Of a stretch of DNA of 64,000 nucleotides, positions 10,632-19,732 are shown in pieces. How positions within the stretch are numbered: the stretch's first letter is position 1; each line of letters starts with the position of its first letter. Under the pieces are notes generated by a model. It was not told where the DNA came from. It did not search any database and saw nothing but the letters and a program-made list of their open reading frames with translations. The DNA comes from an uncultured Ruficoccus sp. (GTDB lineage Bacteria; Verrucomicrobiota; Verrucomicrobiia; Opitutales; Cerasicoccaceae): contig OZ223497.1 of the NCBI GenBank assembly GCA_965140785.1, positions 160,001 to 224,000 of the forward strand, given 5' to 3'. The position numbers and the translations under genes were made by a program.

Positions 10632-13600
10632 ATGTTCAGAATACCCCCATGCTTTAGCGCGGGCGCTTTGGTTATCCTGATGGGATTGGCCAGCGCCTTG
10701 GCCACCCCGGTTGACAAGCGGCTGGTCGTCGTCGGCTCCTCCGTGCCCAAAGGGCAGGGAGCCTACTCGGCGGGGACCTACTACGGCGATGATGTCGATG
10801 GCGACGGCTCGGCAGATTTTTTCGCCACGTACGGCTACGCGGGCCGCCTGAAGCGTCTGGTCGAGGCCGAGGGGTGGAGCTTTGACAACCAGTCCATCGC
10901 CGGTAACACGACTGCGGCGGTCAACGGGCGCTTTGACCCGGATGTGACGGACGAGAACCCCGAGTACGTCCTGATCGGGCTCTCCCTGGGCAATGAAGGG
11001 CTGGCGGGAAACTCCGACCCCGACGGGGTGCTGGAAACGTTCTCCACGGGCTTGCAGGCGATTATCGCGCGCGCTCGGGACGCGGGCAGCTATCCGGTCG
11101 TTTCTCTTGTGTATCCGCGTGGCAACTACAGCCGCCGTGAGTACGCGTTTGTCAAGCGCATGAACCTGCGCATCAATAGCTGGGGCGTGCCGTGCATCAA
11201 TCTGCTCGGTGCTCTCGACGATGGACGCGGGCGCTGGGCTGGGGGATTCGCCTACGACAACGGGCATCCGAACGTGCTCGGGCACCAGGAGCTGTATTAC
11301 GCGATTGTGCCCACGCTGTTCGAGGCCATCGAAGCGGGGGCCACCGAGGTGCCGACCTATCCGTCTTCGGAGGGGTTTGCCCGCGTCGATGCGGATACGA
11401 GCGATCCAGCCCCGCTGGTATTTACGCCAGAGTCCCCCCTGCACGCCTTTACCAGTAGCTTTCGTGTCCGTTCCTCGACTGCCGGGACCGTTGCGGCGGT
11501 CGGCACGCGCACCCGGCCACTCTTTCTGGTCGATTTTGGCCCGAGCAATGACGACGACGGGCGGGCCACCGATGGCCCTGATAGCAGCGGCTTGTATTGG
11601 AATAGCTGGCGCCCGGTGGTGGGCGGAAGCGTGGCTATCGCCGCCGGAACGCGGTTGGAAAATCTCGTCACGGTGGATCATGAAGCCAGCGCGGTCAGTC
11701 TTGAAATCACGGACGCTTTTTCCGGGGCGAACGGACGCCTCAATGGCGGGCTGAACGATCCGGACGCTACACTGCTTGGCCTTCTGGCGCAGCCGACAGC
11801 GACGGAGGATTACTTTTACGAGACGGGCACGGCGGGCTTCCGCATCAGCGGTCTGGACCCGGCCAAAACCTATTCTCTGCGTTTGTTCGGCAGCCGCAGC
11901 ACCACCCAGACGCGGGAAACTCGCTTCAGTGTGAGTGGGGCACTGCCGTATACGCCCTTCACCGATCTTGTGACCTCCGGCGACGGCCTCGGCAGCGACG
12001 GCTTGTATGATGGCAACGATGCCCTGATCGGGCTGGTCAATGGCGTTCCCCCCTCGGACGCGGGGGAGATCACGGTAACGCTGAGTATCGACGCCGGCTC
12101 CTACGCCTACCTGAACGCCCTGGAAATCATCGAAGAGGACGCGGCGGCGACGGCTTATGGCACCGTGGAGTTGCGGGACGGGGCAATCGCCTACGTGTCT
12201 CCGCGCGGCGAAGAGATTACCAGCCCGGTCAATGGCGTTGACGGTGGCTGGCACGACATCGCCTTGTCGCACCGCTACGCCCAGCAGGAAACCCTGCTTT
12301 ACGTGGACGGCGTGCTGGCGGGTACTTTGCGGGAAAACTACGTGCCCGCGTTCTTCGTGCTGGGCGGTCCCGCCGGAGCAGATGAGCGGGCGGACGCGCC
12401 CGCGCATGCCGATTATCAGGACTGGTGCGTGGTGCGGGCCGCGTGGACGCCGGAAGAAGCCCTGGCCCAGTCCCAGGGACAGTTGCAGCATGCCAGCCTG
12501 GAAATTTGCGCCCCGCTTGACGACGCAAGCTTTATCCGTGCAGGCACCGTTGAAAGCTGGGCCCAGAGCCTATCCACGGTTGAAGTGCGCTCCGGGGCTG
12601 TTACTGCGGGAGTCGCCGTTACGCCGCCCGGTTCGCTGGCAGCGGTTTCCTACGCCTTTGACACGGCCATCCTGGCCTGGGAAGACAACAGCTCGACCGA
12701 AAATGGTTTCGTGCTAGAGCGCCGAGGGGCAGGGGAGAACCAGCCCTGGGAAAAGATCGCCACCTTCGCGGCCCATGTGACAACGGCCACCGATCACAGC
12801 CTCAGCGCCGGTGAAAGCTATGCCTACCGCGTCGCCTCCATCGAGGCCGACGGCCTCAGCAGCTATTCCAATATCGCCTGGGTCGGCGCCGGCCAGGACG
12901 GGCGTTCTTACCGCGACTGGAGCACCGCTGCTTTTGCGCTGCCTCCGCGCACCTACCGGATCGATTTCAACACGGCGTCCGATCCTGATTACGGCGGACA
13001 GGTCTGGAACCAGATCAACCGCCTCGGCAGCGGCGGACCTTATCCGCTGGTGGACGCCGAGGGCGACGGTACCGACGCCATCAGTCTGACCGTTCTGAGC
13101 CCTTTCGCTGCCTTCCGGGGTGGAAACGGCAGCCCGCTGGCGGGGGTTGCGGCCGCCCCGCAGGAGTCCGGCTTCACGGTCAGCGACCAGACGCAGACGG
13201 ACCCCGCTCGCGTGCGGCTTTCCGGACTCAATCCGGACGCGGTGTATCAGCTGCGGCTTTTTGGCCGACGCGGCAACTTGACCAGCGGCTACGACTACTC
13301 CGGGCGCTATACGGTGGAGCACGGGGGGCGTACCGTCAGCTTCGAGATGAACAGCGCCGAGGCCGACGCGCCCGTTGATGTTTTCAACCTGCGCCCGGAT
13401 GCCGCCGGGACCATCACGCTCTCCGTCGCCGGGCCGGATGATCCCGCAGGCACCGTGATGGCCGTGCTGAGTTTTCTAGAGGTCGAGGAGTTGTCGGCAC
13501 CGGGGGCTTTCCTGGTTGATTTTGACGCCAAGGGAGACAAGGCGGTGTACGGCGAGGGCGAACATTGGACGACGATCAGCGCGTGCGCCGACACCTCTAC

Positions 13601-14414
13601 GCTTTATCCCCTGGCGGATGCCTCCGGGGACATGGGCGCGGGGGTCACGCTCCGGCTCACCCGCGCTTTCAGCCAGACGCGCGAAAACGACAGGTCTCCC
13701 CCCGGCCATGGCGTCTCCGCCGAGGCCGAGCGCACGCTCTTCAAGGCCAGCACGGCAGCGGGCGGCTCTAGCCTGACCATTGGCGGCTTGGATACGAACC
13801 GTGCCTACCGCGTTGTCATTTTGGCCCGTCGCGGCTACGTCGTCAGCGGCTTTGACTATAGCGGTGTTTACACCCTCAGCGGGGCCGCCAGCCGTACGGT
13901 CACGGTTGACGCGGCGGACAACGAGACCTTTACCGCCTTCGACGAGATGTTCCCCGGTCCCGGCGGCGAACTGACCCTGACCGTGGAGGCCGGGCCCGAT
14001 GCGGGGACGGACTTCCCGGTTCTAAATCTGCTCATGGTGATTCCGGGTGACTATGCCTCCGGCAGTGAGCCTGCCAGTGCCCGCTCAGATGACCCGGAGG
14101 GGGATGGCTCCAGTAACTTCATGGAGTACGTGCTCGGCTCGGACCCGCTGGTGGCAAGCCCCGCCCGTCGCGATCTGTTGTCGGTCGGGACCGGTACGGA
14201 CGGCGTGATCCGACTCAGTTACGAACAGAATCTGATGGCGCGTGAAGTGAATTACACTCTCGAGCGAACGGACGACCTAGCCGACCCCGCCAGTTGGCAG
14301 GCTTTTAATCCCCCGGCTGGACAGGCTACCCTAAGCGAAAGCGGGCGGATGGCGCTCGAGCTGGACTGGTCGCTTGATGCCGACACCACCTTTTTTCGTC
14401 TGAAAATCGAATAA
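10632..14414 (+). CDS. Secreted multidomain SGNH/GDSL esterase with LamG-like, FN3 and three repeated beta domains
   Basis: VVGSS, IAGNT, LGNE and DNGHPN SGNH blocks; DGGWHDIAL..LYVDG LamG; LAWEDNS..YAYRV FN3; DDPEGDGSSNFMEYVLGSDP and FFRLKIE C-terminus. Confidence 0.85.
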   Translation: MFRIPPCFSAGALVILMGLASALATPVDKRLVVVGSSVPKGQGAYSAGTYYGDDVDGDGSADFFATYGYAGRLKRLVEAEGWSFDNQSIAGNTTAAVNGRFDPDVTDENPEYVLIGLSLGNEGLAGNSDPDGVLETFSTGLQAIIARARDAGSYPVVSLVYPRGNYSRREYAFVKRMNLRINSWGVPCINLLGALDDGRGRWAGGFAYDNGHPNVLGHQELYYAIVPTLFEAIEAGATEVPTYPSSEGFARVDADTSDPAPLVFTPESPLHAFTSSFRVRSSTAGTVAAVGTRTRPLFLVDFGPSNDDDGRATDGPDSSGLYWNSWRPVVGGSVAIAAGTRLENLVTVDHEASAVSLEITDAFSGANGRLNGGLNDPDATLLGLLAQPTATEDYFYETGTAGFRISGLDPAKTYSLRLFGSRSTTQTRETRFSVSGALPYTPFTDLVTSGDGLGSDGLYDGNDALIGLVNGVPPSDAGEITVTLSIDAGSYAYLNALEIIEEDAAATAYGTVELRDGAIAYVSPRGEEITSPVNGVDGGWHDIALSHRYAQQETLLYVDGVLAGTLRENYVPAFFVLGGPAGADERADAPAHADYQDWCVVRAAWTPEEALAQSQGQLQHASLEICAPLDDASFIRAGTVESWAQSLSTVEVRSGAVTAGVAVTPPGSLAAVSYAFDTAILAWEDNSSTENGFVLERRGAGENQPWEKIATFAAHVTTATDHSLSAGESYAYRVASIEADGLSSYSNIAWVGAGQDGRSYRDWSTAAFALPPRTYRIDFNTASDPDYGGQVWNQINRLGSGGPYPLVDAEGDGTDAISLTVLSPFAAFRGGNGSPLAGVAAAPQESGFTVSDQTQTDPARVRLSGLNPDAVYQLRLFGRRGNLTSGYDYSGRYTVEHGGRTVSFEMNSAEADAPVDVFNLRPDAAGTITLSVAGPDDPAGTVMAVLSFLEVEELSAPGAFLVDFDAKGDKAVYGEGEHWTTISACADTSTLYPLADASGDMGAGVTLRLTRAFSQTRENDRSPPGHGVSAEAERTLFKASTAAGGSSLTIGGLDTNRAYRVVILARRGYVVSGFDYSGVYTLSGAASRTVTVDAADNETFTAFDEMFPGPGGELTLTVEAGPDAGTDFPVLNLLMVIPGDYASGSEPASARSDDPEGDGSSNFMEYVLGSDPLVASPARRDLLSVGTGTDGVIRLSYEQNLMAREVNYTLERTDDLADPASWQAFNPPAGQATLSESGRMALELDWSLDADTTFFRLKIE

Positions 14415-14432
14415 TTCTCAATCTGGAGAGCA

Positions 14433-14445
14433 GTTTTACGTAAAC
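14433..14445. promoter_or_regulatory. Putative LacI operator A, site 2 (GTTTTACGTAAAC)
   Basis: Same palindrome, about 68 nt upstream of ATG 14513. Confidence 0.75.
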
Positions 14446-14512
14446 CTTAATTTGATTTTTATCCGATACGGTTTTAGTCTTAACTTTCACCCAATTACCA
14501 AATCCTGTTTCT

Positions 14513-15214
14513 ATGAATACACCCAAAATTCTCGTTATTGTTGCTGCGTTGGCAGCTCCTCTCACCCTGGTTCACGGCGTTACGGCTGGTGATACCTTTC
14601 TGGTCGATTTCAGTAACGCCGACGGTACGACAAGCGGCAACTGGAACAACTCCAATAGCTCCGGCTACAGCATTACGAATATGATCGATACGACGGGAAC
14701 AGCCTCGTCCATTGACCTGAACTTTACCACGGGCGTGGCGCAGAACGGTGGCTTCGACGTGACGGGCGCTCCCGCTCCCTTTGATGTCGCGACGGCTTAT
14801 GAAGACGCGATCTTTCTGGCCTCGGGCACCACCACCTTTCGCATCTCTTCGCTCGATACGAATTACACGTACACGCTGGATTTTTTCGGCTCCCGTGATT
14901 CCACCTCGACCCGCGTCACCGCCTATACCGTTTACCAACAAGATCCCGTCAGCGGCACGACCGTCACGCTGACGACTTCCGGCACGGGTGTCGGCGGGGC
15001 AGGTATCAACCACAATATCAGCCAGACGGCCACGGTTGCCAATTTCACGCCCAATGGCAGCGGGGAAATCTACGTCGATATCACCATTGATGAGGGCAGC
15101 TTCGGCTACCTCAATGCCATGTCGTTGACGGTCGTCCCCGAACCCGGCACCTATGCCGCGGTCGCAGGTCTTTTAATAGGCGTGTTCGCTTTGATCCGGC
15201 GCCGCCGGCTATAG
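14513..15214 (+). CDS. PEP-CTERM protein made of one copy of the domain repeated in 10632..14414
   Basis: Signal peptide; VPEP + TM + RRRRL; FLVDF..FRISSLD..FFGSR..GYLNA matches repeat 1 of the upstream gene. Confidence 0.9.
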   Translation: MNTPKILVIVAALAAPLTLVHGVTAGDTFLVDFSNADGTTSGNWNNSNSSGYSITNMIDTTGTASSIDLNFTTGVAQNGGFDVTGAPAPFDVATAYEDAIFLASGTTTFRISSLDTNYTYTLDFFGSRDSTSTRVTAYTVYQQDPVSGTTVTLTTSGTGVGGAGINHNISQTATVANFTPNGSGEIYVDITIDEGSFGYLNAMSLTVVPEPGTYAAVAGLLIGVFALIRRRRL

Positions 15215-15236
15215 CACACTGATAAGGCATAATATC

Positions 15237-15270
15237 GGAGCCCCGGCGCATTGCCGGGGCTTCTTTTGTT
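15237..15270 (+). terminator. Rho-independent terminator
   Basis: GGAGCCCCGGC-GCATT-GCCGGGGCTTC followed by TTTTGTT. Confidence 0.85.
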
Positions 15271-15285
15271 CACGGAGTCGGGACT

Positions 15286-15298
15286 GTTTTACGTAAAC
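15286..15298. promoter_or_regulatory. Putative LacI operator A, site 3 (GTTTTACGTAAAC)
   Basis: Immediately after the terminator, about 60 nt upstream of ATG 15360. Confidence 0.75.
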
Positions 15299-15359
15299 TC
15301 TGGATTCTGTTTCGTCTTCACGCTCTTGTGTTATTGTATCCTTATTCCTTTGCTTGTTT

Positions 15360-16202
15360 ATGAATACCCGATTCTTCAAACTTCCTGTTTTTATTCTCTT
15401 CGCGGGCGCGTCAGCATCCGGACTGTGGGCCCAGAATGCCGTCAACCAGTTTGCCAACGACTGGAGCGCGATTCACTGGGAGCCTGTTGACACTGCTCCG
15501 ACAGCGACGCAGACCAGCTTTTTCAACGGCGAGAATTACGTCTCGATCACGAACTCGACGGTGGCTCAGGTGGGGACGCTCCGACTGGGAGATACCAGCG
15601 GCGTCTCCTCCAGCTTGACCCTGGAAGGCGCGGCTAGCCTGACGGTCGCCAACGGCGTCTATGTTGGCAACGCCAAGGACAGCAGCTTCACGCTCAACCT
15701 CGACGCCGGAACATTCTCGGCGCAGTCCTTGTTCATCGGAGGCGTGGCCAAGGACTCGACCGCAGGCCGGGCAATTGTCAACCTCGGTGCAGCCCAGGCG
15801 ACGGTGGCGTCCTTTATTCAGTTCACCCTCGGCACCCAGAGCAGGTCCGTTCAGTTGAACGTGACAGGCGAGGGTGGCAGCCTCAGCGCAAAGCAAGTGC
15901 AATTTGCTGCCGCGGAGGGGGGGAGTAACCCCGCCGAGATGCATTTTACCATGGGGGCCAACGGCATCGGCTCCATCCATCTTAGCGGCAGCCTTTATGG
16001 GGCCGAGCACATCGCGGTGACGGTGGACGGGACCGATTTCAAGGGCCAAGCCGGTCGCTACACCCTGATTGAAACCGACAGCGGCAACACCGGATCGGGT
16101 CAGATCTACGGTGATTTCCAAGCTTTACAAGCTGTCAATTTTAACGGATATCAGGCGAGCCTGACCAAGGAATACGGCGACCTGGTATTAACTCTCAACT
16201 GA
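15360..16202 (+). CDS. Secreted beta-strand-rich hypothetical protein
   Basis: ORF 15354..16202, ATG at 15360; signal peptide; Gly/Ser/Thr-rich passenger-like repeats. Confidence 0.7.
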   Translation: MNTRFFKLPVFILFAGASASGLWAQNAVNQFANDWSAIHWEPVDTAPTATQTSFFNGENYVSITNSTVAQVGTLRLGDTSGVSSSLTLEGAASLTVANGVYVGNAKDSSFTLNLDAGTFSAQSLFIGGVAKDSTAGRAIVNLGAAQATVASFIQFTLGTQSRSVQLNVTGEGGSLSAKQVQFAAAEGGSNPAEMHFTMGANGIGSIHLSGSLYGAEHIAVTVDGTDFKGQAGRYTLIETDSGNTGSGQIYGDFQALQAVNFNGYQASLTKEYGDLVLTLN

Positions 16203-16213
16203 GGAAACATGTC

Positions 16214-16900
16214 ATGACGGCACACTCATACTCCAAACGGCTCGTAGGCTCCGGGTTTACGCTGGTTGAAAGCTTGGTGGTCATCGCAGTCATCGGTGTT
16301 ATCGCGGGCATTCTGATCCCGGTGGTGGGGCGGGCCCGCGAATCGGCCAACAATGCTGGCTGTCTCTCCAACCTGCGTCAGTTGTCCTCACTCTATCTTC
16401 TCTACACCAACGATCACAATGGCAACCTGCTCAGCGCCAGCGAAGGCGTCCAGGGCGGTACATACTGGCAGTTTGAGTTGCAAGAGTTCATGGAGGCGGA
16501 TTTGCGGGAGCGCCAGATGGACGGTTTTCACTGCGCGTCCTGCCTGGCTCAGAACCCCGAGCTGGACGATGGGCGGGATATCCTGCGCTCGACCTACGGC
16601 CTCAATAATTTCATCGGTCGTGTGAACGACGGTGATTGGGCGATCGACATGATCCAACAGGCCGTGAATCCCTCCAAGACGATTCTTTTCGCCGATCCGG
16701 CGATGGAAAGCAAGCGCAACACCATGGTGGGCATTGGCTATGAAGCCAGTCTCTTTCCCGTGTCCTACCACAGCAACGACATGGTCAACATGTCCTTTCT
16801 CGATGGCCACGTGGAGAGCAAACCCCACGATGATATCCCGACCTCAGGCGAGGTCTGGCCGCGGGGGCGCGACGGTTCGATTTTCTGGAAGGGCTGGTAA
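16214..16900 (+). CDS. Prepilin-type N-terminal cleavage/methylation protein with H-X9-DG C-terminal motif
   Basis: GFTLVES..IAVIGVIAGILIP..ARESA..CLSNLRQ; C-terminal YHSNDMVNMSFLDGHVE. Confidence 0.9.
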   Translation: MTAHSYSKRLVGSGFTLVESLVVIAVIGVIAGILIPVVGRARESANNAGCLSNLRQLSSLYLLYTNDHNGNLLSASEGVQGGTYWQFELQEFMEADLRERQMDGFHCASCLAQNPELDDGRDILRSTYGLNNFIGRVNDGDWAIDMIQQAVNPSKTILFADPAMESKRNTMVGIGYEASLFPVSYHSNDMVNMSFLDGHVESKPHDDIPTSGEVWPRGRDGSIFWKGW

Positions 16901-17402
16901 TCCCTTGGTGCCGTCCGCGCTTGGAGCGCCTCGCCGCGTTTGGCGGAGACGTTAGTCGGCTGCAAGCCAAAGTCCTTCTTCGTTCATCCGAGGGCGTTAT
17001 GGCATCCTGCCGGCAAGGTGCCAGGCAAATACATGACCTGATGCTGCCTGGAATGCCGTAACCCTCGAATCGATCTTACGCGATACGTCTGGGCATGCGA
17101 TGGAAGGGGATTGCCTGGGCACTGTACGCAAACCTGCTCAGGCCACATCCTGGTGTGTGTTTGGGTCTGAATTTCGTGTCCTCGTCTCAGCAATTCTCAG
17201 AATTGTCTCACCGCAGAGGCGTCAGGCATCGTGCTGCCGGGGCCATTGGCACGCCTTGAGTTATGCGGTTCCAGCTATACGCCTTATGGCATCGGGGGAC
17301 GACCGGATTGTAACGCTACTCGTCCTCGCAATATCCCTCCACCTGAGTCGAAGGGTCGGCGGTTATGATTGGCGAGCGGTGGCTGTGCCTCGACCCATGG
17401 TG

Positions 17403-17418
17403 GAGTTTACGTAAACTC
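17403..17418. promoter_or_regulatory. Putative LacI operator A, site 4 (autoregulatory; GAGTTTACGTAAACTC)
   Basis: Perfect 16-bp palindrome about 46 nt upstream of the LacI ATG. Confidence 0.8.
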
Positions 17419-17463
17419 TTGTCTTTGCCGGTTTGGTGAAGTACATTCGGACTTAATCGCCCC

Positions 17464-18519
17464 ATGAAAGCACGCGTCAGTCTTACGGATATTGCCAATC
17501 GCCTGAAGGTTTCGAAAATGACGGTCTCGCTCGCGCTACGCGACAACCCGCGCATTTCAGCCGCCATGCGGGAGAAAGTTAAGATCGTGGCCGAAGAGAT
17601 GGGTTATAAGCCCAATCCGGAGGTGGCCCGCTACATGTCGGTTCTCCGGCAGGCAACTTCCGATGAGCGGGGGGTGCCGCTGGCTTATCTCACCACGGGC
17701 AGCGTTCAGCGGCAATGGCGGGCGTCACCCACCGAGTTGCATTACTGGGAAGGCGCCGTTGAGAGAGCCGCCCAGTATGGGTATTATCTCGAGGAACACT
17801 GGCTGGAGGCTCCGAATATGACACATGCGCGCATGAGCGACATCCTCTGGCACCGCGGCATCAATGGGGTGATCATTCCCCCGATCACCCGCCAACTGTC
17901 GCAGGAGCGCAGAAATATTCGCATGGATTTCAAATGGGACCGTTTTTCCGTGGTGTCCATCAGCGATATGTTGGCTAAGCCGGTTCTGAACCGGGTTGTA
18001 CATGATCATTACGCTTCGATGCTGATGCTGATGGATGTGCTCATCGAGCGGGGATATCGACGGATCGGCTTGTGCCTGACGCGGCATATGGACCTGACCG
18101 TGAATCAGCGCTGGCAGGCTGGCTATCGCGTTTACCGCGCCAACCATCCGATCAAGCGAATTGAGCCGCTGATTCGCGACGACTTGGATCCCGAGAGTAT
18201 CGCCAAGTGGGTCGATAAACATCAGCTCGACGCAGTTGTCAGCGCTGAGCGTAGAATGGCTCATTTTTTCCGTGAAATGGGCCTGCGCATGGGAAAGGAC
18301 CTGGCCTATGCTGATCTGGACGTCGATGTATCTGACCCCGAACAGGTGTATATCAGCGGGATTGTCCAGAACTCCGGGATGATGGGCAAGGCCGCCGTTG
18401 ATCTCGTCGTCTCGGCTATCCAACGTAATGAATTGGGCGTGCCGACCGTTCCGCTCGTGCTGCAGATCGAGGGCACTTGGTTGAACCGCGAATCATGTCC
18501 GGGAAAGTCCGGCGATTGA
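17464..18519 (+). CDS. LacI-family transcriptional regulator
   Basis: SLTDIANRLKVSKMTVSLALR HTH, MGYKPN hinge, GYRRIG sugar-binding domain. Confidence 0.92.
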   Translation: MKARVSLTDIANRLKVSKMTVSLALRDNPRISAAMREKVKIVAEEMGYKPNPEVARYMSVLRQATSDERGVPLAYLTTGSVQRQWRASPTELHYWEGAVERAAQYGYYLEEHWLEAPNMTHARMSDILWHRGINGVIIPPITRQLSQERRNIRMDFKWDRFSVVSISDMLAKPVLNRVVHDHYASMLMLMDVLIERGYRRIGLCLTRHMDLTVNQRWQAGYRVYRANHPIKRIEPLIRDDLDPESIAKWVDKHQLDAVVSAERRMAHFFREMGLRMGKDLAYADLDVDVSDPEQVYISGIVQNSGMMGKAAVDLVVSAIQRNELGVPTVPLVLQIEGTWLNRESCPGKSGD

Positions 18520-18605
18520 AGTCAATATGCGCCTATCCTACAAATTATCTTCGTCCTCTGGTAAACTTGTCTTTGGGTGTTCGTTTTTCAGGTGGGGGAT
18601 GGGGT

Positions 18606-19043
18606 TTTAGGATTTCTTGTTCCTTCACGGCGACTTATGATTTTTCAAAGTGAGTTTGAACCCGCAAGCTTTACTGTTGTTGAGCATGTTGGCGGGGAGG
18701 GGGAAGCTGCGAAGCGCTGACCTATGAATCGTCAGCAACAGCAAGTCATCGAGTATTTGGTCGAGGTACCGAACTGAGGCGTAGCCTCGGTGACAAAGCG
18801 TAGCGCCCATGCCTGAACAAGATGATCTTTTTAAGTGAAGGTGTTCTGCGGAAGGCCATCAGTGAATACGCGCTGCATTACCATCATGAGCGACCGCATC
18901 AGGGCCGTGATAACCAGGTCATCGAACCGGACGTGGAAACCTTTCGCGCTCAAGGCTCGATCTGAAAAATCGTACACCTCGGAGGGCTCCTGAATCACTA
19001 CTATCGCGATCCATTACCGGAAATTGACGAAGAGGAGGGCCGA
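18606..19043 (+). mobile_element. Internally deleted copy 2 of the integrase-core transposase
   Basis: MNRQQQQVIEYLVE joined via a 44-nt insert directly to CLNKMIFLSEGVLRKAISEYALHYHHERPHQG; homologous to both ends of 3814-5110. Confidence 0.85.
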
Positions 19044-19727
19044 TCAATCGCTCTGGTGGTTTAAGGCGTCGAGTATATCAAGGGTGAGGGTGCGAGCGTT
19101 TTTGCGGGAATGGCGTTGGTAGTAGGACGCCACCCAGTTTTTGTGTCCGAGTAGGTGGTTTAGCGTTTTCCACCCCAAGTGCGTGTCCATATAGTTCCTG
19201 ATTTCTTGAATGCGCGCCTGGACTTCGGGCAAGCTTGCGCGTTGGTGTGTAACGATGTTCTTTTCTATCTTTGATACAAAGTAGTATTCGAATTTGAATA
19301 CGTACTTGTGGTTCCAACGGATTTCTCCGGCGCGTTTGCTTTCGGATACCAGTTGGTACTCAAAGTATTTCTTGTAGGTATCTGCCCACGACAAACGCTG
19401 CCACTCCTGATGTGTGAAGCGTTTACTGTGATGGCCGATAGGTTCGATCTTTCGGGTCTGCCCGTTGCGCTGGGTGAAGTTTTTGTTGCGGCAATACTGG
19501 TAGACGTTGATCTGGTGTAAGATCGCCTTGAGGGTAGGGGCGTCCTTCCTGCGCGTTATGTCATCGCGCAGATGCAGGGACCGCACCCAGCCTCGCTGGT
19601 AGGGCTCATCTACTTCGATCAGCGGAGCGTTGTAGTGGGCTTTAAGCAACTGCCTGTACTCTCTTTCCAGAGCCAGCAGGTGCTTATGTCTGGCCGCAAT
19701 TATCCGGCCACGAATATTCGGATTCAT
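19044..19727 (-). CDS. Hypothetical basic protein
   Basis: ORF 19044..19793; likely ATG at 19727 (MNPNIRGRII). Lys/Arg/His-rich; no recognised catalytic motif. Confidence 0.7.
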   Translation of the reverse strand: MNPNIRGRIIAARHKHLLALEREYRQLLKAHYNAPLIEVDEPYQRGWVRSLHLRDDITRRKDAPTLKAILHQINVYQYCRNKNFTQRNGQTRKIEPIGHHSKRFTHQEWQRLSWADTYKKYFEYQLVSESKRAGEIRWNHKYVFKFEYYFVSKIEKNIVTHQRASLPEVQARIQEIRNYMDTHLGWKTLNHLLGHKNWVASYYQRHSRKNARTLTLDILDALNHQSD

Positions 19728-19732
19728 AGAAT

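Noticed and set aside
10527..12491. 654-aa minus-strand ORF (likewise 34056..36176, 32191..33525, 54391..55593, 63176..63985)
   Set aside because: Antisense to well-supported genes; long shadow ORFs are expected in GC-rich DNA and show no motifs.
16901..17400. 500-nt intergenic region with small hairpins and short ORFs
   Set aside because: No consistent structure, repeat or protein motif identified by eye.
3977..18809. Identical 44-nt repeats considered as CRISPR repeats
   Set aside because: Only two exact copies about 15 kb apart, no spacer array and no cas genes.
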